Of a DNA stretch of 64,000 nt, positions 1 to 12,032 are shown in pieces. Location: the NCBI GenBank assembly GCA_964016885.1, contig OZ024742.1, positions 297,166,001 to 297,230,000 on the forward strand, read 5' to 3'. The notes under the pieces were generated by a model, which was given only the letters and a program-made list of their open reading frames with translations, ran no database searches and was not told the origin of the DNA. How positions within the stretch are numbered: the first letter of the stretch is position 1; the number at the start of each line of letters is the position of its first letter. A program made the position numbers and the translations under genes. The DNA comes from Eledone cirrhosa (lineage: Eukaryota).

Positions 1-120
1 ACAGCAATAGCTGGAAGTTTAACTCTGCGATGGACTAGCATCCTGTCCAGGAGGAAGTCTTGTACTCTCAGTCACTTCACGCCATGAAACCGGGATAAGC
101 ACCGGCCAAATGAGCCTTCT
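1..120 (+). mobile_element. SINE central/3' remnant (TGCGATGGACTAGCATCC...GAAACCGGGATAAGC type domain)
   Basis: The motif ctctgcgatggactagcatcctgtccagg...gaaaccgggataagcaccggcc resembles a conserved metazoan SINE body; truncated by the window edge. Confidence 0.5.
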
Positions 121-227
121 GTCTTAGAAAATGTAAAATATGTTCAGAAAAAACTTCAAACTTTAAATTTATAAATTAAAACAATCGAAAAGTAAAATCT
201 CAAATAGTATTCAAGATGTGGTATTTT

Positions 228-284
228 ATAACCAGGGAAAGACTTTATGCTCACCCTGTGAGCATAAAGTCTTTCCCTGGTTAT
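228..284. repeat. Perfect 27-bp inverted repeat with 3-nt loop
   Basis: ataaccagggaaagactttatgctcac-cct-gtgagcataaagtctttccctggttat; the arms are exact reverse complements. Confidence 0.95.
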
Positions 285-484
285 GATTGTGGATCTATTA
301 GATTGTTATAACTATTATTTTGGAATACTGAATATTACCAGATGCTCTGGTGCCTGTCACCATCACTTAATTGGAATGAACAACAGGTCTTTCTAGAACA
401 AAAAATTAAAATGCATGTGAGGAATTTCAACTACTCTATCCCTTCAGCTGCTTCCTCTTTACAGTAAACTTTAGCATTTACTTA

Positions 485-605
485 TCTTATTCTTTTACTA
501 GTTTTAATCATTAAATTGTGGCCATGCTAGTGTACTACATTCAAAAGATTTAGTGGATCATATTGACCACAGTAAATATTTTTCAAGCCTGGTACTTATT
601 TCATA
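485..605 (-). mobile_element. Decayed tRNA-SINE 3' part
   Basis: ttcttttactagttttaatcatt...gccatgctag...cctggtacttatt is the reverse of a SINE core (aataagtaccagg) plus tail. Confidence 0.45.
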
Positions 606-769
606 TATTTACTTTCTCGTGCAATAACCTTTGTCATTGCTATTTGGTCACACCAATTCTTTTCTTAAAGTAGGGGACATTTCTTTGCTATCTAAAATAT
701 AAAATCAATTCCATTATAGATTACATTTTTGTAGGGCAGCTAAGTTACACACACATACATATTTACATA

Positions 770-940
770 GAACACAAGCTTCCCCACATTTGCCATCTAT
801 CAAACTTCACTCACAGTGTTTTTGTCAACTTGATGCTATAGTATAGTCACTTAGCCATGGCGACATACAGTAGGATTAAATACTAAACCATATCGTTGAG
901 AAGTGAACATCTTAACCATACTGCCACTCCTGGGCCCATG
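770..940 (-). mobile_element. Decayed octopus-type tRNA SINE (family also at ~15540-15682 and ~23790-23935)
   Basis: Shared blocks (aaattcactcacaag..., gctatagtag..., ttaaccacacagcca...cct) recur in three diverged copies. Confidence 0.55.
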
Positions 941-1999
941 CATACTTATATAAATTATAATTATAGTTGATGTCATTATTATAATAATCATCATCACTAA
1001 CAACACTGACATCATGATTCCAACATTCCACCACTGTTCTGTTATTCTGATAGTGCAACTGAAAGTTTCTTAATATGTATTGATTTATAACATAGGCACG
1101 GGGTCTCAAATAACCAACTGGAAAACATGAATGAAAAATAAAGCAAAATAAATAATATTTCATCATATTAAAATGTCGAAAACGTGTTTGTAAAAGATAT
1201 TATCGTGGTAAAATGTCAACTACAGAAAAACGTCTGAACATCTATTCACATTAAATTGTTAAAGTAAAATAAGAAAATTCTACAAGATACATAAATATAC
1301 ATCATTATATAGCAAGAGAGAACAAGCAGATAGATGATTAAAAACGATTAAAATGTCATAATATATTTAATGTATTTTCTCTAATTCGTTCATCTCTAGA
1401 ATATTTGTAAATAGAAATTATATGTCTAAAGTGGATAAGATTTTTTGGTTTCTTTTAAAATGTCTACAATCAGTTTGAATCACCTTAGATAATGTATCAT
1501 TCCAGTGTGCATTGTTTGATAGTGCATAAAGAAAAACCCACACTGGACAATACCCCAATCGTTCCCATCACTAAAAGTTACACAGAAATCTGTAAATAAT
1601 GATTTCTTTCTTTGCCCATTTCATCTGCTTGCAAATTTCAACCAATCAACAATGTCGTACTATGACCCCATAAAGTAAAGGACCAATCACAATTGCCATA
1701 TTATGTGGCTAATGATTCTCGAGCAGCACCAAAACTATGTTGTTTTTTTTTGTTGCTGTGGTGTATTCATGGTCATATTTAGATCTTGTGGGGGGCTCCA
1801 CATACACAAAAAATTAGAGTACACAGCAAACCCCAATTTTATATACCAAAGTCAACTTGGTGCAAGTTGAAAAGTTATACCCACAGTTATTAAATCAAAA
1901 AATCTAAACATCCTCATTTTATGTCCACTTTTCACACTAGCATGTGTTGGGCAGGTTGTCACAGTCCAAGACCAGACATATTAGAATGGCCTCTTCTTG

Positions 2000-2570
2000 C
2001 TCATATATTACATATTTGACATGGTTTCTATGGCTAAATGCCCTTCCTAACATAGCCAATTTAGAATGTTTATTAGGTGCATTGATTTTGCGATACCAGC
2101 TCAACCACTTTACACAGTTGACTAGGTATATTCTATCACGGCACCAATAATAACAATCTACAGGATGTGCTAAGTACATTTTATCGTGGCACTAGTACTA
2201 AAATAGTCGTCACATGCTCGGCCAAGCTAAAGAGTTTCCTTAATCACTATATTGTCTCCATTTGCATGCCAATCACTCACCACACTTTTATTGTTTCACT
2301 GCTTGTAATGGAGGGCATGTATTTTGTATTATGGTATATCATCAAGGAGCTCTGTTCTGTGTCATCTCCGTTGTTGGGTTCATTTTCTTGATGTCATTGT
2401 TCACAACTTTGTCTCATGCTTTCCTTAATCTTCCACATCAAGTGTTTGGCATTTTTAAAATACATCTCTTACTCTCCTTTTATATCACATGTCAATACCA
2501 GTGCAATCATCACTCTTGCACAGTATATTCAACTAACATTTTCTATCAGCTCACTTGGTTCTGTCATTCA
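2000..2570 (-). mobile_element. Highly decayed RTE LINE 3' end
   Basis: The minus strand retains traces of the LHWY-HV...KKCQTLDVE...DKVVNNDIKKMN-TTEMTQNR C-terminal RTE motif. Confidence 0.55.
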
Positions 2571-2859
2571 CATACACTAATATTGTACATCCAGTGAAGC
2601 CACTGCAAATATTCTGAACAAGTTATATATAAATCTAACATGGAAGTATACATAATTGTAAAAGCAGAGGCGTATTTAGAAGCATGTACGATATGTTTAT
2701 GTATAACAAACATACATAAATCTCACTTTGATCATGTCAAAGTAACCTTAGTAACTATTTGAAAACCAATTATTACAAGGATGCTCAGTTCTTTGGGGCC
2801 ATATCTTTTAATAGCTCTGATTTTTTTCTAACTTGTTCTTATTATCATGTCTTTTCAGA

Positions 2860-3300
2860 TAAATGTTGACAGACATCAAGCTAAATGATCAAATGTAAAG
2901 ACTGACTGTATTAATTCCCTTAAAGGCAGACAACAGTGATCTAGATATATTTCGCTTCTTGAAAGTTGTATGGTCGTTTGTTGTCAAAGTTTGCTAAGAG
3001 CTGGGAGCTGCTGACTGGGATTCTACAGCAGTAGCCAAACATAAAATGCCTGCTAATGGCCCTAATACCACCAGAACACCCAAACCTGTACTAAAGGTGT
3101 TTTACATTATCGATAATAACCGCAGAAAGTCAATTAGCACTATTGCTAAGAAGCTTAAGCTTTCAAGTCCCACTATCAGAGCAATTGTGCTTGAGGCCTT
3201 CGATACAAGGCATATTTGATGCAGAGAGGCCAATTCATGTGTTCAAAGAGAAAATATAACTGTCTAATCTGTGCAAAACGCTTATTGAACAAATAAATTG
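2860..3300 (+). pseudogene. Decayed Tc1/mariner (maT/DD37D-like) transposase N-terminal region
   Basis: Manual translation gives ...TRTPKPVLKVFYIIDNNRRKSISTIAKKLKLSSPTIRAIV...YKAYLMQRGQFM...LICAKRLLNK, a typical HTH region, with stops and a frameshift. Confidence 0.7.
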
Positions 3301-3627
3301 CTACAGCCATCATTGATGGGCCATTCTCACTGCAATTTCGCCTTTGCACCCCATTAAATCTGGTCATAGGTGTACTGTGGGACTCTGTTACAACCACTAA
3401 CATTGAAAAGCATTGAAATGTCTCCAAACAGGCAACTGATGACCAGGTGTAGTTGTTGGCTTTTGTTTTGTCCCATTTTCCATGCAATGTTTGTACATAA
3501 ACCATTTTTGCTTTGTTGCCACCATTTCTGCCGGAGTTGCTACTACTGATATACTATTTAATAGCCCACATTTCTCTTCACTCATTCCTTAGAATCACAC
3601 AGACACACATATATATGTATGTATATA

Positions 3628-4053
3628 CAGTGGTGGAGTGGCCAGGTTGCCATGTTCCCCAATGGCAAGTGCGCCCCAGTAGCATTGCAGAGCCCACTGT
3701 AGTATTTTATGGACCAATGCATTGCTTTCAAAAAATACCTGAAAGAATAAAATAAAAAAATAAATAAACGAAACAATTAAGCAAAGCATTTGGTCAATTA
3801 ATTCCCCAGGGAATTACTAGAAACCAAAATATATGAAAGTGCAAATAGCTGGAATCAGTGGTTGTACATTCTACTAAATCTAAAGCTTAGTGTATTCATT
3901 CATGTGCATGCAAACATACATATATAGACACACAAGCATATATATATATATATTTATTTAATTATTTATGTACTTACACACGAACTACTGACCACATAAT
4001 ATTTGGTATCAATGGGTTAAAGACATCTGTCAAATCAATTAGTGGTGAAGGTG

Positions 4054-4098
<45 letters not shown>

Positions 4099-4112
4099 CG
4101 CGCGCACACACA

Positions 4113-4167
<55 letters not shown>

Positions 4168-4403
4168 AGTTAGTGTGAAAGACCAAAGGTCATTATTGAA
4201 GGTCTCTGGATTTTGCAAAATACATAATATTTTTTATTGGCGAAGGTAATATATTTTTCCGCATAATTTGATTGCACTGTTTTGTTTCCCCTTATGTATT
4301 TTTTGAAAATGTTATTTATTCATTATATAAATTAAATGATAGCATTCTATATGTAGGTGGGCCCCTCTCCTGGCAAGCAATATTTTTAGACCTGGTCTGC
4401 CAC

Positions 4404-4405
<2 letters not shown>
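3628..4405. mobile_element. Possible hAT-type non-autonomous element
   Basis: Imperfect terminal inverted repeats cagtggtggagtggccagg ... cctggtctgccactg, flanked by microsatellite. Confidence 0.4.
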
Positions 4406-4454
<49 letters not shown>

Positions 4455-4457
<3 letters not shown>

Positions 4458-4682
4458 CAAGTATTGAACCAAGAAAAATATAAATATTGGTGTGAAAAGA
4501 GATTAGGAATTTATTTGCTTCAACATATGTTTCTGTGTCTATTATAAATTGTCTACATATTCTGACTACAATATATATTGTTCAATCATATGCAATAGAC
4601 ACAAAAACATATGTTAAAGCAAATAAATTCTTAATCTCCTTTCACACCGATGTTTATATTTTTCTAGGCGCAATACTTGCTT
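4455..4682. repeat. ~89-bp imperfect inverted repeat with ~50-nt spacer
   Basis: 4455-4543 (aagcaagtattg...gtgtctatt) is the reverse complement of 4594-4682 with about ten mismatches; it abuts (TA)n. Confidence 0.9.
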
Positions 4683-4691
4683 ATATTCATA

Positions 4692-6080
4692 TACTGGCTG
4701 GCCCGTCCGGCTAGGTATACTAGCATTTTATCTTTTCAGGAAGCCCCTCTCCACCCCAGTGCAAAAATACCGCACACCCTCTCAAGTCATATTTTCGTTC
4801 CGAGTACGTATCAATGGTGGAGGTGGTGGTGGTGGTGAGGGGGGGCTATTGTGGTGACTCATTTCTGACGCGTGAAAAATACCACCACCACCACTGGAAT
4901 GCTCAACGACCATAATCACTCGATTCCGTGCTAAAAGTTACAACTGAGGTGTTGACCATTAGTTTTGCCACAATTCTGCTATTGTCGCACTGGTTGTGAG
5001 GGCTTTCTAAAAGATCTGATGCAGGCCTACCGCCAGGCGCTATCCTGCTGGGCCTGCTATTTTAATGTACTGGCAATTAACGTAGCAAGGAATATAGTGT
5101 TGATTTCGGCTGAATGCGTCAACACGCTGCTTGATTATCTTCATGCTCCCCGTTGTTGCCAACATGACCCTCACTGACCTATATTTCCCCCCTCCAGTAA
5201 ACATGCCCATCTCTTCTTTCTATGTAAGTCTGGATGAAATGCTAGTGGCAAGTGTGTGGTTTTCAATAAGAGGTACGTTCCTGCACTATCTTCCGACTAT
5301 GGAGCTAGGGGGGGGGGGGAAGCTATTGTGGTGACTCGCTGCTCTTGAGACTGGGCTCATCGAATGGCTCTCGCATGAGTCCTCAGTTACTGAAGGCAAG
5401 ACTGGTGCTGCTCTTGAGACTGGGCTGATCGAATGGCTCATGCATGAGTCCTCAGTTGCTGAAGGCGAGACTGGCGCTGCTCTTCAGGCTGGGTTGATCG
5501 AATTTCTGTCACATGAGTCCTCGTCTGCTGAAAGCGAGACTAGCGCTCCATTTGAGATCGGCCTGCTCGACTGGCTCTTTCATGAGTCCTCATCTGCTAA
5601 AAGGCGAGAGTGGCGCTCTTTTTGAGGCTGGCCTGCTCGACTGGCTCTTTCATGAGTCCTCGTCTGCTGAAGGCGACGTTCATGATCATCTTCAGACTCT
5701 GCTGCTCTAGTAACATGTTTTCTTCTGGAAAATCGGATCTTGCGGCCAGGCCGGGACATTTTGGGTGGCATATCGGCAGTAACAATGATTGTTCGAACAG
5801 GGTCATGTTTGCTCTTTATATAGGTGTTATTCAGAGGAGAGTGACGCATAGCAATCGAATAACCAATCAAGTTATGAGGGGTCGATCATGACTGATAGTG
5901 ATTGGCTTCATTTAAAATGTGATTGCACGTGCTTGAGTCAAAAGGTCAAAGGGGGCATTGTGTTGTTTAGTGAGATTCGTGGTGCTAATCTGTATGCCGC
6001 CTACATGGAAAGATGAGAAAGGCCAGCTCCATCGATTTCATTCAATAAATCCACCATTGGTATATTCTACGGCATGCATA
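4692..6080 (-). mobile_element. Helitron-like deletion derivative with N-terminal charged-repeat coding remnant
   Basis: The minus strand reads MPPKMSRPGRKIRFSRRKHVTRAAESEDDHERRLQQTRTHERASRA..., followed by 23-aa EQRQSRLQQLRTHARAIRSAQSQ-like repeats typical of Helitron N-termini. A GC-rich hairpin-like end lies near 4692-4715. Confidence 0.5.
5336..5680. repeat. 69-bp tandem repeat, ~5 copies
   Basis: Unit gctcttgagactgggct(c/g)atcgaatggctc..gcatgagtcctc.g.t.ctgaaggc.agactgg recurs with a ~69-bp period (multiple of 3). Confidence 0.9.
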
Positions 6081-6100
6081 TATATATATATATATATATA

Positions 6101-6833
6101 TAGCTGACGAACCTAGCTTCACTTGGATAAACAGACGATAAGACGTCTGTGCTTTCGTACAGTCGAACTAAATGAAAACAAATCTCTGCGTAGTTAGTTA
6201 ACGAAATAAATAGAATGTTTGTTTATATTTTATTTTTGTAGTGCTGTTTTTCGATGTATTGTGTGTTTGTGTATGCAAAAAATCCGTACACGAATATATA
6301 ATTATATATATATATATATAATTAATTAAACGTTGATTAGAAGCGAAGTCAATGCAAGCAGGTAGACATACAGAAAGATATTATAAGTGTGCAAAGTTAT
6401 AGCAATGTATCTATCTAAAAAGACAGAGTAAGAAAGAGAGAGGAATGTCGTATTATATATATTATATATAAGTACCAGTAATGTACTCCTCACTTTACAT
6501 ACGACCGTCAGCTTTATTAATATAGAAATTTAATCCATGATACATAAAAAAAGACAATAGTATATATAAACTGCAAAATATATGAATGTTTATTTAAGCG
6601 ATAGTTAACCGGAAGTGTTGACATTTGAAAGTTTTAAAGAAGTGAATCTTTAAATAAACAATAGAATATCTTTAATCAAGAATAACGAAATTTAGTAGAC
6701 AAAAATACGCTCACTTTCTTCCTTGGTAAACGTTACATCTATGGTGCAAATTTGGTACTGTTTGGTCCAGCCGTTTGGCCAAAGGTTTGTTACATACATA
6801 CATACATACGGCCGTCAGCTTTATTAATATAGA
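6101..6833 (-). mobile_element. Non-autonomous Helitron/DINE-like element
   Basis: The minus 5' end is A|TCTATATTAATAAAGCTGACGG followed by (TATG)n and aacggctggacc...aaattt. A second copy of the 5' end lies at ~6500-6526. The 3' end has a degenerate hairpin followed by ...CAGCTA at 6101. Confidence 0.65.
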
Positions 6834-7088
6834 TGTTGTGATTTCTTCTGGACCTATATACATATTTCCCTGCTTGAAGGATACTGTCGAGTCAAACTCT
6901 CTGATACACATAAAGAAAACTTTATCTACCTTCACACATGCACACACACAGAAACACACACACACACATAGTAAAGATACATCAAGAAGTTTTAAAGTTC
7001 TATATAAAGAACACATTCATCTAAGGTGTACATCATTGGGAAAACATCCAAAGATTATACAAATGTAAAATAAATCACAGAGCAGGAA

Positions 7089-7413
7089 CATCATCATCAT
7101 CATCATCATCATCATTTTACGTCCACTTTTCCCTGCTTTCAAGAGTGGGATGGGAACTGATTCTGGCTTGCTTTCTACAGCTGGATGCCCTTTCTAACAC
7201 CAACCTCATTTACAGTGAGTACTGGGTGCTTTTTTCCATGGCACCTCCACGACCACTTTGCAGTGGATGATAGGGACCCCAGTCCCTATCATCTCATTTC
7301 TACAGCTGAGCAAACTGGAGCAATATAAAATAAACTGTCTTGCTCAAGGAAACAACACATCACCCGGTCTGAGAATTGAACTCACAACCTTTCGATTGCA
7401 AGCCCAATGCTCA
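7089..7413 (-). mobile_element. tRNA-derived SINE with RTE-type tail (family A), 5' end slightly truncated
   Basis: Near-identical to the copies at 17439 and 29545; (CAT)n tail. Confidence 0.9.
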
Positions 7414-8004
7414 ATAAATATTAATCCAGCCAAGGACTTAGTGAGATTTATAACATTTTATTTGTTTTACATATGTTTCACTAAATGTAGGAAATAAATT
7501 ATTTTATCATTTGGGTATATGGAAATTAAATCCATATACAAGTAACATTTTAAAAGAACAAATGGAAACATAGAAAATCAACAAAAATGAAATGAAATAA
7601 GAGGAAAACATCACAACATATATTAATCATCAATAGATTTGTATCCTTATACAAAAGAAAATGTTAGATGAGGGATCTATGTAGTTTATTTATTAGCATG
7701 GCACTATAATACCACTCTTATATATATATATATACATACACACACACATAAAATGTAAACGGAAACAACACAGTACTGTGAAGAAATAATTTAGTTTAAC
7801 TTTTGCTATAGTAGAAAAAAAGAAATTATGTTTCAGACACTAGTCCTTCATTAGAACATATAATGAAGAATAAAAGATGAAATGCAGTGAGAAAAGGAAA
7901 GAATGGAAAAAAACAAATATTGAGCAAAAGCACAAGTGTTTTCAGTCAGCTATTTTGGAGCAGAAATGTATATATACACACACATACACATATACATACG
8001 TATA

Positions 8005-8048
<44 letters not shown>

Positions 8049-8200
8049 GTAAAAAACAAAAAAAAAACAGAACAATAACAAAGAGTGCAGTACGAACAGT
8101 GTTGGTATTAGGTCACGCTTGAGACACACACACACATACAGATAAAATCCTGACTGTGGTGTGCAGCAGTTTTGGCTCGTGTGTTCAGCAACCCTTTTCA

Positions 8201-8256
<56 letters not shown>

Positions 8257-8460
8257 AAAATCTTCACTCTACATGGCTGAATACAATAAATGTAATCTGA
8301 GTTTTTCGAATATTAATAATTGTTTCTACTTTTGGCACAAGGCTAGCAATTATCCCAGTGTATTACTGGCTGGGTATCGCCCTTCATCAGTACAGCTCAC
8401 TGTTCTCCTGCTAAACTGTCAAAGCTAGTGAAATTATATGCTATTTTCAAAAATACACAG

Positions 8461-8570
8461 TGACTGATCGGCCTGATTTACATATTAGCAGACTGGCTGA
8501 TCAGTCAGATCTGCATATTAGCAGATCCACTGATCAGCCAGATTTGCATATCAGTAGACTGGCCAGTCAG
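8461..8570. repeat. ~33-bp tandem repeat, ~3 copies
   Basis: ctgatc(g/a)g.c.gat.t.catattagcagact repeated. Confidence 0.8.
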
Positions 8571-8634
8571 TTTCCTGTTTGCGAGCGATAAATGGCCGGC
8601 TTTACCAAATTCAAATAGAAAACTGTATTTAATT

Positions 8635-8725
<91 letters not shown>

Positions 8726-9015
8726 TTTATTACACTAACTCATGCTTCCAGATATACATGTTTCATTGACTGTCTGAAATAGATTTTGTTAAATCCTCAT
8801 TCTGCCTATCTTTGAATGGCTGTGTTCATTTATTTCTCTTTAATAAAAGAGCACTACAAGTAAGGGTAACACATAAGAGTTAAGTATGTAGTGATGAGTG
8901 TAAAGGGAGAGAATTTGTTTTGGTCTGTTCGTTTTGTGTCAAGAAAAATAAAGAAAAATTAAGTATAGTGAGAGGTATATATATATATATATATATATAT
9001 AGTTTTAATATAGAT

Positions 9016-9068
9016 GAGATTCTACAGGACTAGAACTGTTTCATTCATTAGAAATCATCAGGAATCTC
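9016..9068 (-). ncRNA. Type I hammerhead ribozyme
   Basis: Minus strand: GAGAUUC-CUGAUGA-uUUCuaauGAAu-GAAA-CAG uucuaguc CUG-UA/GAAUCUC. It has a 7-bp stem I, an intact core and a GUA cleavage triplet. Confidence 0.8.
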
Positions 9069-9231
9069 TTACTGTGGTTACCTCCGATTCAACCCGGAAT
9101 AACGTATATATATATATATATATTGTTATACTTGGGGAGGGTCATATTTGTGTAATATTGCCAGAATTAATAATATTTGTTTTGACACACGATTTCATAT
9201 AAAAAACCTCGCTAAACTAATTCATCGCCGC

Positions 9232-9263
<32 letters not shown>

Positions 9264-9269
9264 AAAATG

Positions 9270-9934
9270 GAGCTTTTAATTTCTCCTTACTTTTAGACCA
9301 TTTCTGGTCTGGCTGGTGAAAACTCCATTGAAAGCACTCAGAATACTGCAACCAGTCAAGTGTACAGAGATAAGGTGTCATGCTCATAAGATTTTGAGTG
9401 ACAAGATATTTAACGAGCAGGATTGAGTCCAATGTTGAGTGCTTGAGGCAGGTAGTGTGTGGAAATTTTGACTGACTGTTCAACTGATCCCAAGTGAGCT
9501 GGGCATGAACCGTGACAGCATTTGGGAGATTATCACTGAAGGTTTGGGCATGTGGAAGATATGCACCAAGATGGTACTGAAGCTGCTGAAAGATGACCAG
9601 AAGGAGTGGTGCATGCAGGCTTGTTAAGCCATCCTCGAGCATCTTGGAACTAAACCAAACTTGCTGAGAAGAGTCATCCCAGTGATAGTCATAGATCTTT
9701 GAGTATGATCCAGAGCCATGAGGAGTGCCATAATGATGGAGCTGTAGGAAATCCCAGGAGAATCCTTCCAGGGGTGCATGGAGGCATGGCAGTGAAGGAT
9801 GGGAAAGTGTGTTAGACTCAACGGAGATTATTTAAGAGGAAATTATTATAAGAGGAAATCATTTTTTTTTACTTTGGATGTAAAATATATTTTTTTACGA
9901 CCCATGTCCTGTTTCTTTTCTGACAGACCTTGTA
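9270..9934 (+). mobile_element. Internally deleted mariner transposon
   Basis: Translation remnants LTVQLIPSELGMNRDSIWEIITEGLGMWKICTKMVLKLL...IFEYDPE and C-terminal W.*RMGKCVRLNGDYL; right TIR-like ttttctgacagaccttgTA. Confidence 0.75.
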
Positions 9935-11259
9935 AATGTGTGAGAGAAAAGCAGGGCTTGGATGAACTGTTGTGTTGTCGATTGTTGAAGTTGGTCATTG
10001 TGTTGTAGTGTACTGTGTGTGTTGATTGGTTTTGTTGGAAAAAGATGAGAACAATGATGAATTGTGACAGACCAACAAGGAAATCAAATTGCTAATTTTT
10101 ATACCTGTTTTATTGTTGCTATGCTATACGACAACATTACACAATCAGAATACCCAAAAGGTTTGCTATAACATAGAATATTTCGCCAACAGGTTTCTAA
10201 ATATGTTTACAGAAGAGTATCTTATTGTAATCTGTTGGAATTTCTGATTGGATGTGTGAATGTGGAGATATTGGTTGAGATATAGTATTGTCTTGTGCAT
10301 GGCAGATTTACTGACCCTGCTGCAACAGTGCCTTAATGACTAGTGAATGCTACAGCAGCTGTCTCAGAGAATAAAAGAATATATTAATCTGTCTACAAAT
10401 GCATCTTGGTTCCATATAGGTTGTTATTCAGACCAATTTATTTCGATCTGAATTTAGTGCTGGTGTAAAATCCCCCAAAATATTTTCCTCTCATATCTCT
10501 AAAAATACAATATATAGAAAAAGGAAAAATATGTTATGGTTTTCCAACTTTGAATAAATAAACATTTAGCTATTATATTTTCCAAAATAATAACAACAAA
10601 AAAGCATAGACAATAAAACAAAAAACAAAAATATAAAAGTATAAATAAAAAATAATGGAAGCATAATATTTTGACAGATGTCTTCTTTAATATAGTTTTA
10701 AAGAATTTATTTATTCTCTGGATAAATCCTGCAAATATTTATGGCAAGCTCATTGAATAAGCTCAGCCCCACAAAGAAAAATAATGAAATAACACAAAAA
10801 TAATGGAAATAGAATAAAATAAAATATGCCTAAAATGTTGTAAATTCCAATTGACAGATAAACAGATTTGAGAATATCAATTGTGTTTCAACCGATTCCT
10901 TCAAAAGGGAAACATAGATAATATAAATATTGAAGGAAGGAATAATAATGGTAAATGAAGTAAGCATTTGAAATGTTATGTAAATAAATCTCAAACTATT
11001 GTGTAATGTTAATATATTAATGTGCATAAACAACATAGCAGATGAGCTGAGAGAAAAACTGAGCATACAAATTATCAAGTTTAGTGTGCAAGAGAAAAGA
11101 ATGCACTAGTATAGACACATGGTGTGTATGTAGGGTGATCATTCAGTACATGGTCTAGTGGTTAGGATATTGGACTCATGATGACAAGGTTATATAGGTT
11201 TGAATTCAAGACTTGGCGATCTGATGTGAATTCAATTCTATATAATATTTGCAAATACC

Positions 11260-11540
11260 ACCTATCAGATGCAGCCTCATACAAGGCAAGCTAAATCTGT
11301 ACAGGTATGAGCTATACATTTTTAATTAAAGCGCAATATGCCAGCAGATACTAATAGGAGGAAACTGCGAAAGAGGAAGATCAAAAAAGGCTTGAGCTTA
11401 GGCTGTGAGAGATGATATGAATATGCTGAAGCTTACAGGGGAGGGACATGACAAAGTACTACCAATGGAGTGATGCTGTACTGGAGAAAACCCAGAAAGC
11501 AAGTATAATAAAACAGATGTAGAAGAGTGATGATGATGGT
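11260..11540 (+). mobile_element. Decayed RTE LINE 3' end
   Basis: Traces of E-NCERGRSKK(W)..AVRDDMNMLKLT, ending in a (GAT)n tail. Confidence 0.45.
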
Positions 11541-11950
11541 ATTGCAAATAACACAAGATTTTAAGGTGTATCCTACATCCATCCCATTTCTTCATGTATT
11601 GGGAAAATAAATGTTCTTTCACAACCAGCAGTCATAACATTTTAAATCATTTTTATAAAGAAGTCAATATAGTATCTTGCTTTGTACTTTGTGTTTTCTA
11701 AGTTTCTTTTATTACTGTCAAGCCAGCCTTTCATCATTCAGTGTTTGATCAAATGTATATTGATGTTGATTCGATTGATTACAACATTTTTTCTTTCAAA
11801 ATTAGCCTTGGGGCTAAGAACGGAAATCTTTCCTAAATAGGTCACTCCTTTGATATATAAATTTCCATAAGTATTACTGCCCTATAATTAGAGTTGCTAT
11901 TTTCTTCTATTTGAATTGAAACATTCCCTCCTCTAGCCTGCCATATATAT

Positions 11951-11985
<35 letters not shown>

Positions 11986-11999
11986 AATATATATATATA

Positions 12000-12032
<33 letters not shown>

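Noticed and set aside
1485-1590. Candidate minus-strand exon (FCVTFSDGNDWGIVQCGFF...)
   Set aside because: The donor (gtgatt) is weak, there is no recognisable protein similarity, and I found no partner exons.
5336-5680. CRISPR-like array
   Set aside because: The units are contiguous degenerate 69-bp repeats with no unique spacers, the context is eukaryotic, and a coding-repeat origin explains them.
8370-8400. CUGAUGA + GGG/CCC stem on the minus strand
   Set aside because: It is truncated by a SINE tail before GAAA, so it is not callable as a ribozyme and is counted only as a relic.
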